A stretch of 64,000 nt of DNA from Candidatus Heimdallarchaeota archaeon (GTDB lineage: Archaea > Asgardarchaeota > Heimdallarchaeia > Heimdallarchaeales > Heimdallarchaeaceae): the NCBI GenBank assembly GCA_019057375.1, contig DXJF01000032.1, positions 1 to 64,000 on the forward strand, read 5' to 3'. Position numbers and translations under genes: made by a program. The notes beneath the pieces are model-generated. The model saw only the letters and a program-made list of their open reading frames with translations, was not told the DNA's origin and did no database searches. Below, piece by piece: positions 8,797 through 19,142 of the stretch. The first letter of the stretch is position 1. Each line of letters opens with the position of its first letter.

Positions 8797-10182
8797 ATGA
8801 ATAACGATATCTCTCCAAATATCTTCCGAGCTTATGATATACGAGGAATTTACAATATGGATATTTCAGCTCCTATAATGTATAAAATAGGTCTAGCCTT
8901 TGGAACATATGTTAAAAATACGCTAAAAGGAGAAGAAGTTGTAGTAGGAAATGAAATAAGACAATCCAGTATTCCCTTGGTTTATTCTTTTATTTCAGGA
9001 GTAACAGCAACTGGAATTCATGTAGTTTACGTAGGTACAACAGCATTCGGGCAAACTCTTTATGCTGGTTGGTATTTGGAAAAAACAGCAACAGCATACG
9101 TAACAGCAAGCCATCTTCCACCTGAATGGAATGGTATAAAATTTTATCATTCAGACGGTGTTGGTTTTTCAGAAGAGGAATTAATGAAGATCAGAGATAT
9201 AACTATAGATGAAAAATATTCTATGGTGGAATGGGGAGAAATTGGAAGTTCAATTTCCTATGAAATTCAGGGGAAATATGAGGAGTTTTTCAAACAGAAA
9301 TTCAGTTTTACAAAAAAAATAAAAGTTGCATTAGATTGTGGTGGGGGTAGTACCACATTATCAGCCCCAAAAATTTTTTCATCTTTGGGAATTGAGATTA
9401 CAAAAATCTATTGTGAAACTGATCCTACTTTCTCAGGAAGACCATCTGATCCTAAACCAAAAAATCTAACTGAATTGGTTAAAGCCGTTACAAAGAATGG
9501 ATGTAATTTTGGAGTAGCATTTGATGGAGATGGAGATAGAGCTGTGATTGTAGATGATTTGGGAAGAATTCTCTCTGCAGATCAAACAGGAATAATTATT
9601 GGTCAGTATGGCTTATCTAAGAAAGAAGGGACGATTATTGCAAACGTAGAATGTTCAAAATCAGTTGCTGAACAGCTTGAACCTTTAGGTTATAAAGTTA
9701 AACAGATTCCTGTTGGACACACTTTTTTAACAATCGAAGCAAAAAACGAAAAATCTCCCTTGGGTGTTGAATCTAGTGGCCATATAATTTTGCCTGAATA
9801 TTTCCTCTTTGATGATGCACTTGTTACACCCCTTAAGATTGCAGAAATACTTAATAGAGAAAAGATAAGATTGTCAACTTTAGTAGATAAAATCCCAACG
9901 TATCCCCTAAGAAAGGAAGAAATTCATTGTGACGATGAAATCAAATTTGCAGCAGTAGATTTACTAAAGAAGAAATTACTATCAAAATATGAGGATATTA
10001 ATACCATGGATGGGGTTAGAATCAACTTGAAAGAAGGTTGGGTTCTAATTAGACCATCTAACACTTCACCTGTAATTAGAATGACAATTGAAGCAGATAA
10101 TGAGGAAACGATAGAAGAACTAGCAGTTGAATTTAAAGAAAATCTTATGGAATCAATAATTGAGATTCAAACACGAAGGTGA
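8797..10182 (+). CDS. Phosphoglucomutase/phosphomannomutase family protein
   Basis: IFRAYDIRG, TASHLPPEWNGIKF, FDGDGDR, GVESSGH, IRPSNTSP. Start taken at ATG 8797. Confidence 0.95.
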   Translation: MNNDISPNIFRAYDIRGIYNMDISAPIMYKIGLAFGTYVKNTLKGEEVVVGNEIRQSSIPLVYSFISGVTATGIHVVYVGTTAFGQTLYAGWYLEKTATAYVTASHLPPEWNGIKFYHSDGVGFSEEELMKIRDITIDEKYSMVEWGEIGSSISYEIQGKYEEFFKQKFSFTKKIKVALDCGGGSTTLSAPKIFSSLGIEITKIYCETDPTFSGRPSDPKPKNLTELVKAVTKNGCNFGVAFDGDGDRAVIVDDLGRILSADQTGIIIGQYGLSKKEGTIIANVECSKSVAEQLEPLGYKVKQIPVGHTFLTIEAKNEKSPLGVESSGHIILPEYFLFDDALVTPLKIAEILNREKIRLSTLVDKIPTYPLRKEEIHCDDEIKFAAVDLLKKKLLSKYEDINTMDGVRINLKEGWVLIRPSNTSPVIRMTIEADNEETIEELAVEFKENLMESIIEIQTRR

Positions 10183-10186
10183 AAGA

Positions 10187-10627
10187 ATGACTCTCCCAGA
10201 TTTAGAATTCTATTGTCCATATATAGACAATTGTTATGAATGCTGTTTGGAAACAGAAATGCCTCTAGGAGAAAGAGACATAACAAGAATTGAAAAATTA
10301 GGATTCCAAATTGATGAGTTTCTAGTAGAAAAAGAAGGATTTATGGTTTTAAGAAACATAGATAATCGATGTTTCTTTCTAAAAGATAAAAAATGTTCTA
10401 TCTATGAAGATAGGCCAGTAGGATGTAGATACTATCCTTTGATTTACGACCTTGAAACAGATGAATTTGTTATAGACGATTTATGTACTCATTTTCATGA
10501 TTTTAATCCAAGTATCTATCAACCACTTCATGAACCAATAAGATATTTTATTTACATGCTTTTAAGTGAAAAAGAAATACGACTTGAAAAAACAAGAGAG
10601 GAAGAAAGAAAAAGAGAAGAAATTTAA
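10187..10627 (+). CDS. YkgJ-family cysteine-cluster (Zn/Fe-chelating) protein
   Basis: C..IDNCYECC, CFFL...CSIYEDRPVGCRYYP. Confidence 0.9.
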   Translation: MTLPDLEFYCPYIDNCYECCLETEMPLGERDITRIEKLGFQIDEFLVEKEGFMVLRNIDNRCFFLKDKKCSIYEDRPVGCRYYPLIYDLETDEFVIDDLCTHFHDFNPSIYQPLHEPIRYFIYMLLSEKEIRLEKTREEERKREEI

Positions 10628-10629
10628 GA

Positions 10630-11736
10630 TTAATCGTGGAATTTATCCTCCAATTTCTGAAGCACGTTTGGTAATGTTGTATATTCCATTTCACTCAAAG
10701 GAAGACGACCAGGTTCGAAAGGTCCATGCCTACGGATATATTCTGTAATTTCATTGACTCTTGCTCGCGTAGAATCAAAAGATGGATCATCGAATAAATC
10801 TACACCGCCTATGAATATACCGTTTTTCAATTGAAAACCTAGTCCAACAACTCTAGGGGGGCCATCAAATCGGACACATTGACTATATTCAAGTGAAACA
10901 GGCATAAGTGGTCCGCGATGAGAACCTCGCATCCAACCTGAAACCAAATGACCTAAGGTAAAAGCTTCAACTATCTCCCCTACAGCTGGAAAACCACTTT
11001 GGCTTCTAATCACTGCAACAGGATCATCTTTTCCTATATACTTACCAGCTATAAGAGATAATTTATCTGTTGAAATAGCAGCTGCTCTTCCAAGATCGGG
11101 AGTTTTGCTATCAACGTACTTAACAACATATTTTCCTGGTGCACCAATTAATGCAAGTAGGTCATACATCTGTTCTGGGCAGCTTAAATCAACAAATTTG
11201 TTCTTGTAGACGTCCATAACTGAGAAAGTGAAACCTTCATGCAGTTTTGGATCTATAATCAAACCAGCTGTATTGAATGGATTAGCAAACATTTGAAAAA
11301 TAGGATAATTAAAAGCCCCTGGTTCTGTTTTATCCATCGCAAAAACTAATAGAGGCTCTGCTGGACGTTCTTCAAATTCAAATTCAGCACATCCAGGACC
11401 CATTCCTTTTATGTTTCCTGTGAAAGCATCTTTCAGCAAATCTTGTCCTGCACCATAGAGTCCTATCTCTCTAGCTTCCTTTCCAAGTGTCATAAAAGTA
11501 TCCCAAGCAAGCTTGTGTATCGCTTCATTGTCAACTCCCTTATTGTGCGATAAGAGGAGTTCAGTATCATCACCAGCATTGAACACAACGAAATCAAGAA
11601 TGACATTTTCATCTTTAGCTTTTTCCATTAGTTCTTCAGCTCTAACCATTAAAGGTTCATAAACAGTTACATGACCAGGACTTGATCCTATGTCAGCTTT
11701 GAGTAAACTTATAGTAGTTTTGACCAAATAAATCAC
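10630..11736 (-). CDS. fbp: Bifunctional fructose-1,6-bisphosphate aldolase/phosphatase (class V FBPase)
   Basis: SLLKADIGS.PGH, GLYGAGQDLLKDAF.GNIKGMGPG, DKTEPGAFN, YIGKDDPV, GWMRGSH.GPLMP. Confidence 0.97.
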   Translation of the reverse strand: MIYLVKTTISLLKADIGSSPGHVTVYEPLMVRAEELMEKAKDENVILDFVVFNAGDDTELLLSHNKGVDNEAIHKLAWDTFMTLGKEAREIGLYGAGQDLLKDAFTGNIKGMGPGCAEFEFEERPAEPLLVFAMDKTEPGAFNYPIFQMFANPFNTAGLIIDPKLHEGFTFSVMDVYKNKFVDLSCPEQMYDLLALIGAPGKYVVKYVDSKTPDLGRAAAISTDKLSLIAGKYIGKDDPVAVIRSQSGFPAVGEIVEAFTLGHLVSGWMRGSHRGPLMPVSLEYSQCVRFDGPPRVVGLGFQLKNGIFIGGVDLFDDPSFDSTRARVNEITEYIRRHGPFEPGRLPLSEMEYTTLPNVLQKLEDKFHD

Positions 11737-11839
11737 CTAAACAAATAATACGGGTGGCTAATACATATTATGGATAGTTAGTTAAAAATTTTTCTCAATT
11801 TCTTCAACAGAAAATAAAAAGAGAAGAGTTGGAAAGTAT

Positions 11840-12757
11840 TCACAAATCTTCTATTTTATGCCATAAATTGATTAAATCTTTAGAACCGCCAACAAAACCA
11901 GTTCTTTGATGCAAATAGTGCATTGATGTAAGTTTGTTTACGTCTAAGGGTTTTATATTCTCATACTTAATTTCGTGTCCATCGGCCGTTATGTAGAATC
12001 CTTCGCCATTAACTTTAGACAGAATATAAAGATAGGGGAGGATTTCATAACAGAACCTAAGTTTAGGTGCAAAATAACCAAAAACACCTGTTTTTTCAAA
12101 TACATTATTCATGTCTTGGACCATACAGCCACCATATCTGTTCTTTCCTTTAATGTCTAATGCGTCAACGAAGAGTTTCTGCTTTGCTGAATGGTCATTA
12201 TACTTACCTCCAAGCCCGAACACTGGATTTTTACTGGGGCTAATATCCAGAGTATCTCTTATTACTCGAAAAGACTCTCCATCATGAATAAATTGAATGA
12301 ACCCTAGATCTGTCGCTAAATCAAATCGCAAGAATAATGTGTAACTTACTGTCAAAGCAGCAATAGTATGCCCCTTTTGATCAATTACATTAACAATTGC
12401 TCCTGGACTTCGTGTCCTAATAATAGAAGAACCATCAATAAAATCACCTAAAATAATAAAATCACCTGTTCCTTCCATTATACTATTTTCATCTGTTTCT
12501 TCACCTAACAAGAGAGAGTAAAGATTATTGGGAATTCTTTGCATAAATAGTTCCTGTGTGGCAATATCTAGGCTTAACTGATCATCTCCAGACACGTTAA
12601 TAACACCGGAATAATCATATTCTCCTAGAAGAAATGTTAGAATCTGTTTTGGTACATCCAAACTTATATTGATAATCTCTCTCAGTATTTCTCTTAGAGA
12701 TTCAGGTTGAATTTCCTCAAGATATGCTTCAAGTGTATGATATTTTATTATAGACAT
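11840..12757 (-). CDS. Class 1 fructose-1,6-bisphosphatase (FBPase I/SBPase-like), divergent
   Basis: NVSGDDQLSLDI, GEE, DFIDGSS, RYGGCMVQD, KLRFCYE. Confidence 0.8.
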   Translation of the reverse strand: MSIIKYHTLEAYLEEIQPESLREILREIINISLDVPKQILTFLLGEYDYSGVINVSGDDQLSLDIATQELFMQRIPNNLYSLLLGEETDENSIMEGTGDFIILGDFIDGSSIIRTRSPGAIVNVIDQKGHTIAALTVSYTLFLRFDLATDLGFIQFIHDGESFRVIRDTLDISPSKNPVFGLGGKYNDHSAKQKLFVDALDIKGKNRYGGCMVQDMNNVFEKTGVFGYFAPKLRFCYEILPYLYILSKVNGEGFYITADGHEIKYENIKPLDVNKLTSMHYLHQRTGFVGGSKDLINLWHKIEDL

Positions 12758-12768
12758 TTTTTCAAATC

Positions 12769-13941
12769 CTAATATGTATTTGTTAGAAAGTTATCTAACA
12801 TATATTTAAGACAAAGAGATGCGGTATCTTCCATTTTCAAGGCTTTGATAAAATCATTCATATCTGATTCAGCTTTCACAATTATTGCTTGTTTGGCGTC
12901 CTCACTAATATTTTCAACCTCTTCAAAGAATTCTTTCCAAGCATATTTAGAATTCTTTGCGAATGTTTTATGTTCGTCTACATCAGGTTGCCCATATTTA
13001 TCTAGCACCCATGTACGTATTTTTGTAAATAATTCAGGTTCATGTTTTTCGAGAATATCTTGTACTAGTCTTTGCCAAAAAGTACCTATGTTCCCTTTTG
13101 CTATACTTCCATGTGGAAAAGTTGATGCTATTACCTCAACTGGAGTTCCTGTGATTCCATGTTGTGCAATTCTTGTTCTTATTCCCGATTTCTTGAATTC
13201 ATCTACTATCTCAACTGTTCTTTGAACATTAATGCCTAGTTGTGGAACGACTTTGCCTTCAGCGTCTACACTTACACCATGTGTGGATCCATTCGCTATT
13301 GCTAGATAATCTATTATGATATCATTGTTAATTAAGGAGGAAACATAGTGGACTGCTTCTTCAACAGTTGTAAACTCTGTAATGCCGATTTCCCCTACTT
13401 CTCCTTCAATGCCATATGGTTTTTCAGCCATCGTTTCTTTGAGAAACTCAAACAAAACAAGACCTTTCGATAAAATATCACTTAATTGACCTTTTACAGT
13501 TTCTTCTTCTCCATTAAAGAGAAAAGAAGTATCAATAGCGTAACCAGTAAATCCTGCTTCAACTCGAGCTCTGATTTCTTTCATTAAATTAGACATTTCA
13601 TCATCAGTACCTTTCTTTAAGGTCAAATGATCAGCATGTAATGAGTAGGCAAACCATTTCTCTTTTTCTGCTGCAGATTTACATCGTTGAGCAAATTTCT
13701 CTGGAGTATAACCAGTGTATCCTCCACTGAGTGACATTTCACTTAAAGCTAGTTCAAATATCACAACAGATTTTGATTGCTTTGCAGCTCTTAATATTCC
13801 ACTGATAACTTCCTCAGTAGCACGAGGATTTATTGCGGCAATAATAGTTTCTACTCCCTCAACGCCCTTAGCTATATAGTTCAACGGCAAGGGATTCCGA
13901 GGTGTTTCAAAATAAGCGATAACTTCACTTTCAGGATTCAT
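12769..13941 (-). CDS. fba: Class II (metal-dependent) fructose-bisphosphate aldolase
   Basis: LHADH, IDTS, EGEVGEIG, IANGSTHG, AQHGITG, KGNIGT. Confidence 0.92.
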   Translation of the reverse strand: MNPESEVIAYFETPRNPLPLNYIAKGVEGVETIIAAINPRATEEVISGILRAAKQSKSVVIFELALSEMSLSGGYTGYTPEKFAQRCKSAAEKEKWFAYSLHADHLTLKKGTDDEMSNLMKEIRARVEAGFTGYAIDTSFLFNGEEETVKGQLSDILSKGLVLFEFLKETMAEKPYGIEGEVGEIGITEFTTVEEAVHYVSSLINNDIIIDYLAIANGSTHGVSVDAEGKVVPQLGINVQRTVEIVDEFKKSGIRTRIAQHGITGTPVEVIASTFPHGSIAKGNIGTFWQRLVQDILEKHEPELFTKIRTWVLDKYGQPDVDEHKTFAKNSKYAWKEFFEEVENISEDAKQAIIVKAESDMNDFIKALKMEDTASLCLKYMLDNFLTNTY

Positions 13942-14074
13942 CTAACTACCCGTGGGACAATTAAATAAAGGGTATTAAGAATTTATTTGTGTATCAATAG
14001 CGGGAAATTATACATATTCAAAACATATAGTAGAATTTTATAAGCAGCTATTACATTATATTTAATAGAATCAA

Positions 14075-15865
14075 ATGTCTCTGGGGAAAATTTGCAAGAT
14101 TATGTTGTTGCTGACTATATTACTTGGAATAGGTTTTCATAGACCTTCAGCTGCAATTTTCGGAGAAAGTTCTAATGTTCAAGCAAATGATTTCACTAAG
14201 ACAACAAAACCTCAAATATTTTTGATTCAAAGTGATCCAATTCATATCACCAATGATAATAACTTCTCAGTTTTCCCAGGAAGTGGGACAAAAACAGACC
14301 CCTATAGATTAGAGAACTACAACATATCATCTGAAGTTCAAAATTTCGGAATAAACATCAGCGATACAACTAAGTATTTTGTTATTCAGAATTGCTTCAT
14401 TAAAGTTAAACAAGTAGGGATGTGGATATCATGGATTGCACATGGTACAGCAGAAATAAGAAATAATACTTGTATTGAACATGACACCTATGGTATAGAC
14501 CTCTGGGGTGCGCCGGGAACGTTAATAGATAATAATACTCTTACTTCAAATAGTTTAAACGGGATAAGCTGTATAGACTCAGACGATGTAATTGTTTCGA
14601 ATAATATACTTTCTCTAAACAAAAAAAATGGTGTTTCTATCCGATTTAGTGATGATATTATTATCTCCAATAATCTTTGTGAACAAAACCAAGTTGGAAT
14701 AGAGGTGTATTTTAGCCGTAATTCAATCGTAGAACAAAATTATTGTTTTGATAACAAAGAATCAGGAATTTATCTTTGGGAGATTAATACGGGTGACTTT
14801 CAACGAAATAAACTTTATGGAAATTTAGGTCCAGCCTTTCACTTCAAGGATTCAGAAGTTGTTCATCTCAAAGAAAATGAAGTAGTAAACAACACGATAG
14901 GATTCTACTTAGTTGAATCACATTATTTTGAAATCTATAATAACAGTATCTTAAGCAATAGAAATAAAGGAATCTACTTATTGAACTCAATTGAATGTAA
15001 GATAACCTACAATTTTATAGAATTGAACACGGGATATGGTATAACGCTAAATTACTCTTCAAGTAATTTGATTCATCACAATAATTTTATTCAAAATAAT
15101 CTTGGGGGATTAAGTCAAGCATACTCAATAAATGGGATAAATAATTTCTGGTATGAGGATGAAATGGAAGAAGGTAATTTCTGGAATGAGTGGTTGGGAT
15201 CTGGTGATTATTCTATTGAGGGGTTCTGGGGAGAATTTGATTTGTACCCTCTAGAAGAGCCTGTAAAAATACCACGAATTGAAATAGAAGAACAAAATTG
15301 GTATTTTTATATAATAATTATTATACTTCCATTAGGAGTTCTGATCTATATTATTTCATTTTTCAGTAAAAAACGGAGAGTTGGGTTCGCTCATTACACA
15401 AAGGAAACATCAGACTATATCTATTTTAAAAGAAAAATTGCTTACAGCAAAGAAGTTGGGGTCGGATTATTTCGATTTGGAATGAAAGGAGGAGAAGTTG
15501 TCAAAGCAGATTTGGAATCCTTTGACATAAACTTGGATGAATTCATAGGTTTTTGCTATGTTACAGTTGGTCAAGGTCATAGATATGAAACTGGTGTTTA
15601 TGGGCCGCTTCCAGCACCTTCTATCATCAGTCACAGTATGATAATTTTTACATTCTGGGGTAAAGATGATGTGCAATCAGATCCACGATTTGAAGGAAAA
15701 CAGTACTATCTAGTATCTGTGATTTTTCCAGAAAATAAAACAGAACACCTGATAAAAAATGATGTCATGAATAAGAGGTTTCGTACCTACATCAAGAAAT
15801 TCAAGTATCCAAATAGGTTGTCATCAGAGGAACTGAATTTCTTCAAAGAGATAGTGTTTATCTGA
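14075..15865 (+). CDS. Single-pass membrane protein: signal peptide, NosD/CASH parallel beta-helix ectodomain, TM helix, cytoplasmic longin/uDENN-like domain
   Basis: GSGTKTDPY, repeated N...GI.L...N.I.NN, GNFWNEW..GDY, TM WYFYIIIIILPLGVLIYIISFF followed by KKRR, then an approx. 140-aa C-terminal domain. Confidence 0.85.
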   Translation: MSLGKICKIMLLLTILLGIGFHRPSAAIFGESSNVQANDFTKTTKPQIFLIQSDPIHITNDNNFSVFPGSGTKTDPYRLENYNISSEVQNFGINISDTTKYFVIQNCFIKVKQVGMWISWIAHGTAEIRNNTCIEHDTYGIDLWGAPGTLIDNNTLTSNSLNGISCIDSDDVIVSNNILSLNKKNGVSIRFSDDIIISNNLCEQNQVGIEVYFSRNSIVEQNYCFDNKESGIYLWEINTGDFQRNKLYGNLGPAFHFKDSEVVHLKENEVVNNTIGFYLVESHYFEIYNNSILSNRNKGIYLLNSIECKITYNFIELNTGYGITLNYSSSNLIHHNNFIQNNLGGLSQAYSINGINNFWYEDEMEEGNFWNEWLGSGDYSIEGFWGEFDLYPLEEPVKIPRIEIEEQNWYFYIIIIILPLGVLIYIISFFSKKRRVGFAHYTKETSDYIYFKRKIAYSKEVGVGLFRFGMKGGEVVKADLESFDINLDEFIGFCYVTVGQGHRYETGVYGPLPAPSIISHSMIIFTFWGKDDVQSDPRFEGKQYYLVSVIFPENKTEHLIKNDVMNKRFRTYIKKFKYPNRLSSEELNFFKEIVFI

Positions 15866-16005
15866 CTAACAGAACCTATGAGTCGGGAAATTGTTTTATG
15901 TAGACTTGCAAAAAAACGAGGTTTAAAGCATTTTTGAAAATCCACATACTTTTTATTTTAGAACATTTTTGTTGTCTTAGGTTAAATTTCAAAGCAAGTG
16001 ATTTT

Positions 16006-17007
16006 ATGAAATATAGAAAAGTTGGAAAATCAGGATTAAAAGTTAGTGAAATTTCCTTAGGTTCATGGTTAACATATGGTGGATCAGTAGAAAATGAAGT
16101 AGCAAAAAAATGTATGACTGCAGCAATTGAAAATGGCATCAATTTTATTGATTCAGCTGAAATTTATGCAAAGGGAGGCGCAGAAATGATAATAGCTGAT
16201 TTCCTCGCTGAAGAAACTTTCAATAGAAAAGATCTAGTCATTTCTAGTAAAGTTTTCTGGGCAATGAACGATTATGATGTTAATGATTGGGGATTAAGTC
16301 GAAAGAATATCATGAATGCAATTGAAGGTACTCTTGATAGATTGAATATGGATTACATAGACATTTACTTCATGCACAGATATGATTACATGACACCTCT
16401 AAGAGAAACTGTAGAAATTCTAGATGACTTGATAAGAGAAGGTAAAGTTAGATACTGGGGAACTTCAGTATGGACAGCTGCACAATTAGAAAGAGCAAAC
16501 GCAATTGCTAAAGATATTAGAGCACATAAACCTGTTGTTGAACAGCCTTTATACAATATGTTGGTAAGACACATAGAAATGGAAATCATGTCTGTAGCTA
16601 AAACTCATGGAATGGGATTCACAGTTTGGTCTCCTCTAGCTCAAGGTCTATTAACTGGGAAATATAATGAGGGTATTCCAGAAGGTAGCAGAGCTGATAA
16701 ATCAGAATTTCTGAAGAAAAATCTTACTGAAGAGACAATTGAAAAAGTGAAAAAACTTGGTGAAATTGCTTCATCGATTGATATATCCATTGGTCAATTA
16801 GCTCTTGCCTGGATTCTACGAAGACCAGAAATCTCTTCTGCTATAATTGGTGCTACTAAACCAGAACATATAATTGAAAATGTGAAAGCTTCAGATGTAG
16901 AACTATCTAAGGATACACTTGCTCAGATAGAAGAAATATTGGATAATGAACCTGAATGGCCTTTAACATATAAACCAAACTATTACTATAAAGATAAAAT
17001 GAGATAA
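16006..17007 (+). CDS. Aldo/keto reductase (Kv-beta/YajO-like)
   Basis: YRKVGKSGLKVSEISLGSW, DSAEIY, GLSRKNI, DIYFMHR, WSPLAQGLLTGKY, IIGATK. Confidence 0.95.
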   Translation: MKYRKVGKSGLKVSEISLGSWLTYGGSVENEVAKKCMTAAIENGINFIDSAEIYAKGGAEMIIADFLAEETFNRKDLVISSKVFWAMNDYDVNDWGLSRKNIMNAIEGTLDRLNMDYIDIYFMHRYDYMTPLRETVEILDDLIREGKVRYWGTSVWTAAQLERANAIAKDIRAHKPVVEQPLYNMLVRHIEMEIMSVAKTHGMGFTVWSPLAQGLLTGKYNEGIPEGSRADKSEFLKKNLTEETIEKVKKLGEIASSIDISIGQLALAWILRRPEISSAIIGATKPEHIIENVKASDVELSKDTLAQIEEILDNEPEWPLTYKPNYYYKDKMR

Positions 17008-17070
17008 CTAATCTCTTCTTTTTTTCTCAAAACTCTTTTATAATCTCCTTAATCTAAAGATTCATTGTAG

Positions 17071-17946
17071 GTGAATAGAATGGCTCTTTTATTTGGGAAT
17101 AGACCTTTTGAATTTTCTGACTTCTTCTCTTTATTTCAAGATGGACAATTTGATATGTCTAAACTTAACTATGTCCAAATTGTGGAAAAAAATATTGATT
17201 CTGGTTTCAAACATATTGAAATAACTGGAGATCTTATTTATGTCCTACCAGGAATCTTATCCCCTGAAACAATTTCTCGGTTAATAGAGCTAAAACAAGA
17301 GAAAAACATTTCCTATTCAGTTCATTTACCCTTGTGGGGAATAGAACCAGCAGCATTTTCTCCTCATATTAGAAAGGCATCAGTTGATAGTTTTGTAGAT
17401 GTTATTGAGATAACAAAAGCTTTAGAGCCTCTATGCTGGGTTTTACATCCTACAGGAGCTTTAACAGTTGAATTCATGAACATGGGTCTTCCAGAATTTG
17501 CCAAAGGAATTATGATGCATCAGTTCACTTCTTATGCTGCAAATACTATAAAAGAAACCCTAGAACGGACAAATATTCCTTCAAGAAAACTTGCAGTGGA
17601 AAACATAGAATATCCATTTGAGCTCATGTATCCAATCATTCAGCAGATGGATTTGAGTATCTGTTTTGATACAGGTCATTTATTAGCTGGTTTTTCAGGT
17701 CAAATTTCCGTTATGGAATTCATTGACAAATATTACGATAGAATAATTGAACTTCATTTACATGATGGAAAGTTCCCCAGAATTGATCATAAACCCCTTG
17801 GAGAATATGATCTTCCTGTAAGAGAATTACTGCTGAAACTTCTTGAAAAGAACTTTGCTGGACCACTAGTATATGAACTTAATTTACAAGAAGCCATTCA
17901 GTCAATGGACTACATTAAAAACAATATTCCTGAAGTACTGGGTTAG
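17071..17946 (+). CDS. Xylose-isomerase-like/AP endonuclease-2 TIM-barrel metalloenzyme (CbiR-like phosphodiesterase)
   Basis: SVHLP, VLHP, AVENI, CFDTGH, LHLHDG, DH and VYE metal ligands. Confidence 0.8.
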   Translation: MNRMALLFGNRPFEFSDFFSLFQDGQFDMSKLNYVQIVEKNIDSGFKHIEITGDLIYVLPGILSPETISRLIELKQEKNISYSVHLPLWGIEPAAFSPHIRKASVDSFVDVIEITKALEPLCWVLHPTGALTVEFMNMGLPEFAKGIMMHQFTSYAANTIKETLERTNIPSRKLAVENIEYPFELMYPIIQQMDLSICFDTGHLLAGFSGQISVMEFIDKYYDRIIELHLHDGKFPRIDHKPLGEYDLPVRELLLKLLEKNFAGPLVYELNLQEAIQSMDYIKNNIPEVLG

Positions 17947-18004
17947 TTTAATCTAAATTCTAACAAATGTAAAAACTTATTTGGTTCAGATATCATGGAT
18001 AATT

Positions 18005-18415
18005 ATGGCACTTGTTATTTCCACAGAACTAAACGTTGGTTATGATAAATTCAGTGAAGTAGAAAAAGCTACTAGAGACATTTTAGTTGAATATGGATTT
18101 GGAATTCTAACAGAAATTGATGCTCAAGAAACTTTAAAGAAAAAAATTGATGCGGACATTCGTCCATATAAGATCTTAGGAGCTTGTAATCCTCCTTTTG
18201 CTCATAAAGCAATAGTATTAGTACCTGAAATTGGTGCCCTACTTCCTTGTAATGTCATAATATATGAAAACGAAAAAGGAAAAATCGTTGTCTCCGCATT
18301 GAATCCGAAGGAAGCCATGAGTGTGGTTAAAGTAGATAAACTCAATGAACTTGCAGATGAAGTTAACGAAATCATGAAAAAAGTAATAAAAGAGATTGAA
18401 AGTAAGTTCTCTTAA
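18005..18415 (+). CDS. DUF302 domain protein
   Basis: GFGILTEID, YKILGACNP, GALLPCNV. Confidence 0.93.
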   Translation: MALVISTELNVGYDKFSEVEKATRDILVEYGFGILTEIDAQETLKKKIDADIRPYKILGACNPPFAHKAIVLVPEIGALLPCNVIIYENEKGKIVVSALNPKEAMSVVKVDKLNELADEVNEIMKKVIKEIESKFS

Positions 18416-18419
18416 ACGT

Positions 18420-19070
18420 CTATTTTTCTCCTAAAAGGAAAATTCGAAATGGATGAACTCCAGGTTTCATTATCTCAGCGTCTACAACAGGATCATTTTT
18501 TACGAAATCTTCTGCTTCCTTTAGACTATTTGCAGTGAATATTGTTAAACCAAATTGGCCTTCAGCAAGAATTGGACCTGCAAGTAAAAGTTGTTTTTCA
18601 TCAAACTTACTTTTCAAATGCTCAAAATGAATTTCCATTATTTTGCCTTCTTCTTCAGTCATATCATTAATGAATGTTGATCGTCCAGTTATTGTTCCCA
18701 TATAGATTTTAGTTTCATCATCATATATTGATTCAATATCAAGAAACTCCTCTTCCAGTACTTCTGGTACTTCTTCTTCAGTAACAAGTGAAGCTTTGAA
18801 TTTGTAAAGAGAAACTTTGAGCAACCGGTTGTAAACATATGGATCATTTCTGATGATTCCTTTAGCTTCCTCTTCATTTTTTGATTGAATTATAACAAAC
18901 TCGCAGAAATTATCAAGGGAAGTACCTGCAAAAACTAATTTGTTTTCTTTCTTTAAATCCTTTAGAAAATTCCAATGTTTAATGATTATATCGCTATAAT
19001 CGTAAAAGGATTCTTTTAATTTTTTATCGGATAAATCATACAGAAAAATAAACTCATTTTCCTCTGTCAT
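18420..19070 (-). CDS. Tandem YciI-like domain protein
   Basis: Two repeats: H..FLKDL...KLVFAG...EEA..II.NDP and HFEHLK...LLLAGP...EAEDFVKNDP. Confidence 0.85.
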   Translation of the reverse strand: MTEENEFIFLYDLSDKKLKESFYDYSDIIIKHWNFLKDLKKENKLVFAGTSLDNFCEFVIIQSKNEEEAKGIIRNDPYVYNRLLKVSLYKFKASLVTEEEVPEVLEEEFLDIESIYDDETKIYMGTITGRSTFINDMTEEEGKIMEIHFEHLKSKFDEKQLLLAGPILAEGQFGLTIFTANSLKEAEDFVKNDPVVDAEIMKPGVHPFRIFLLGEK

Positions 19071-19142
19071 ATGACTTTATATTTCATTTCAGATTTAATA
19101 TCTTTTTGAAAGACCACGAAAAAGAGAAAAGGGAAAGAAAAA

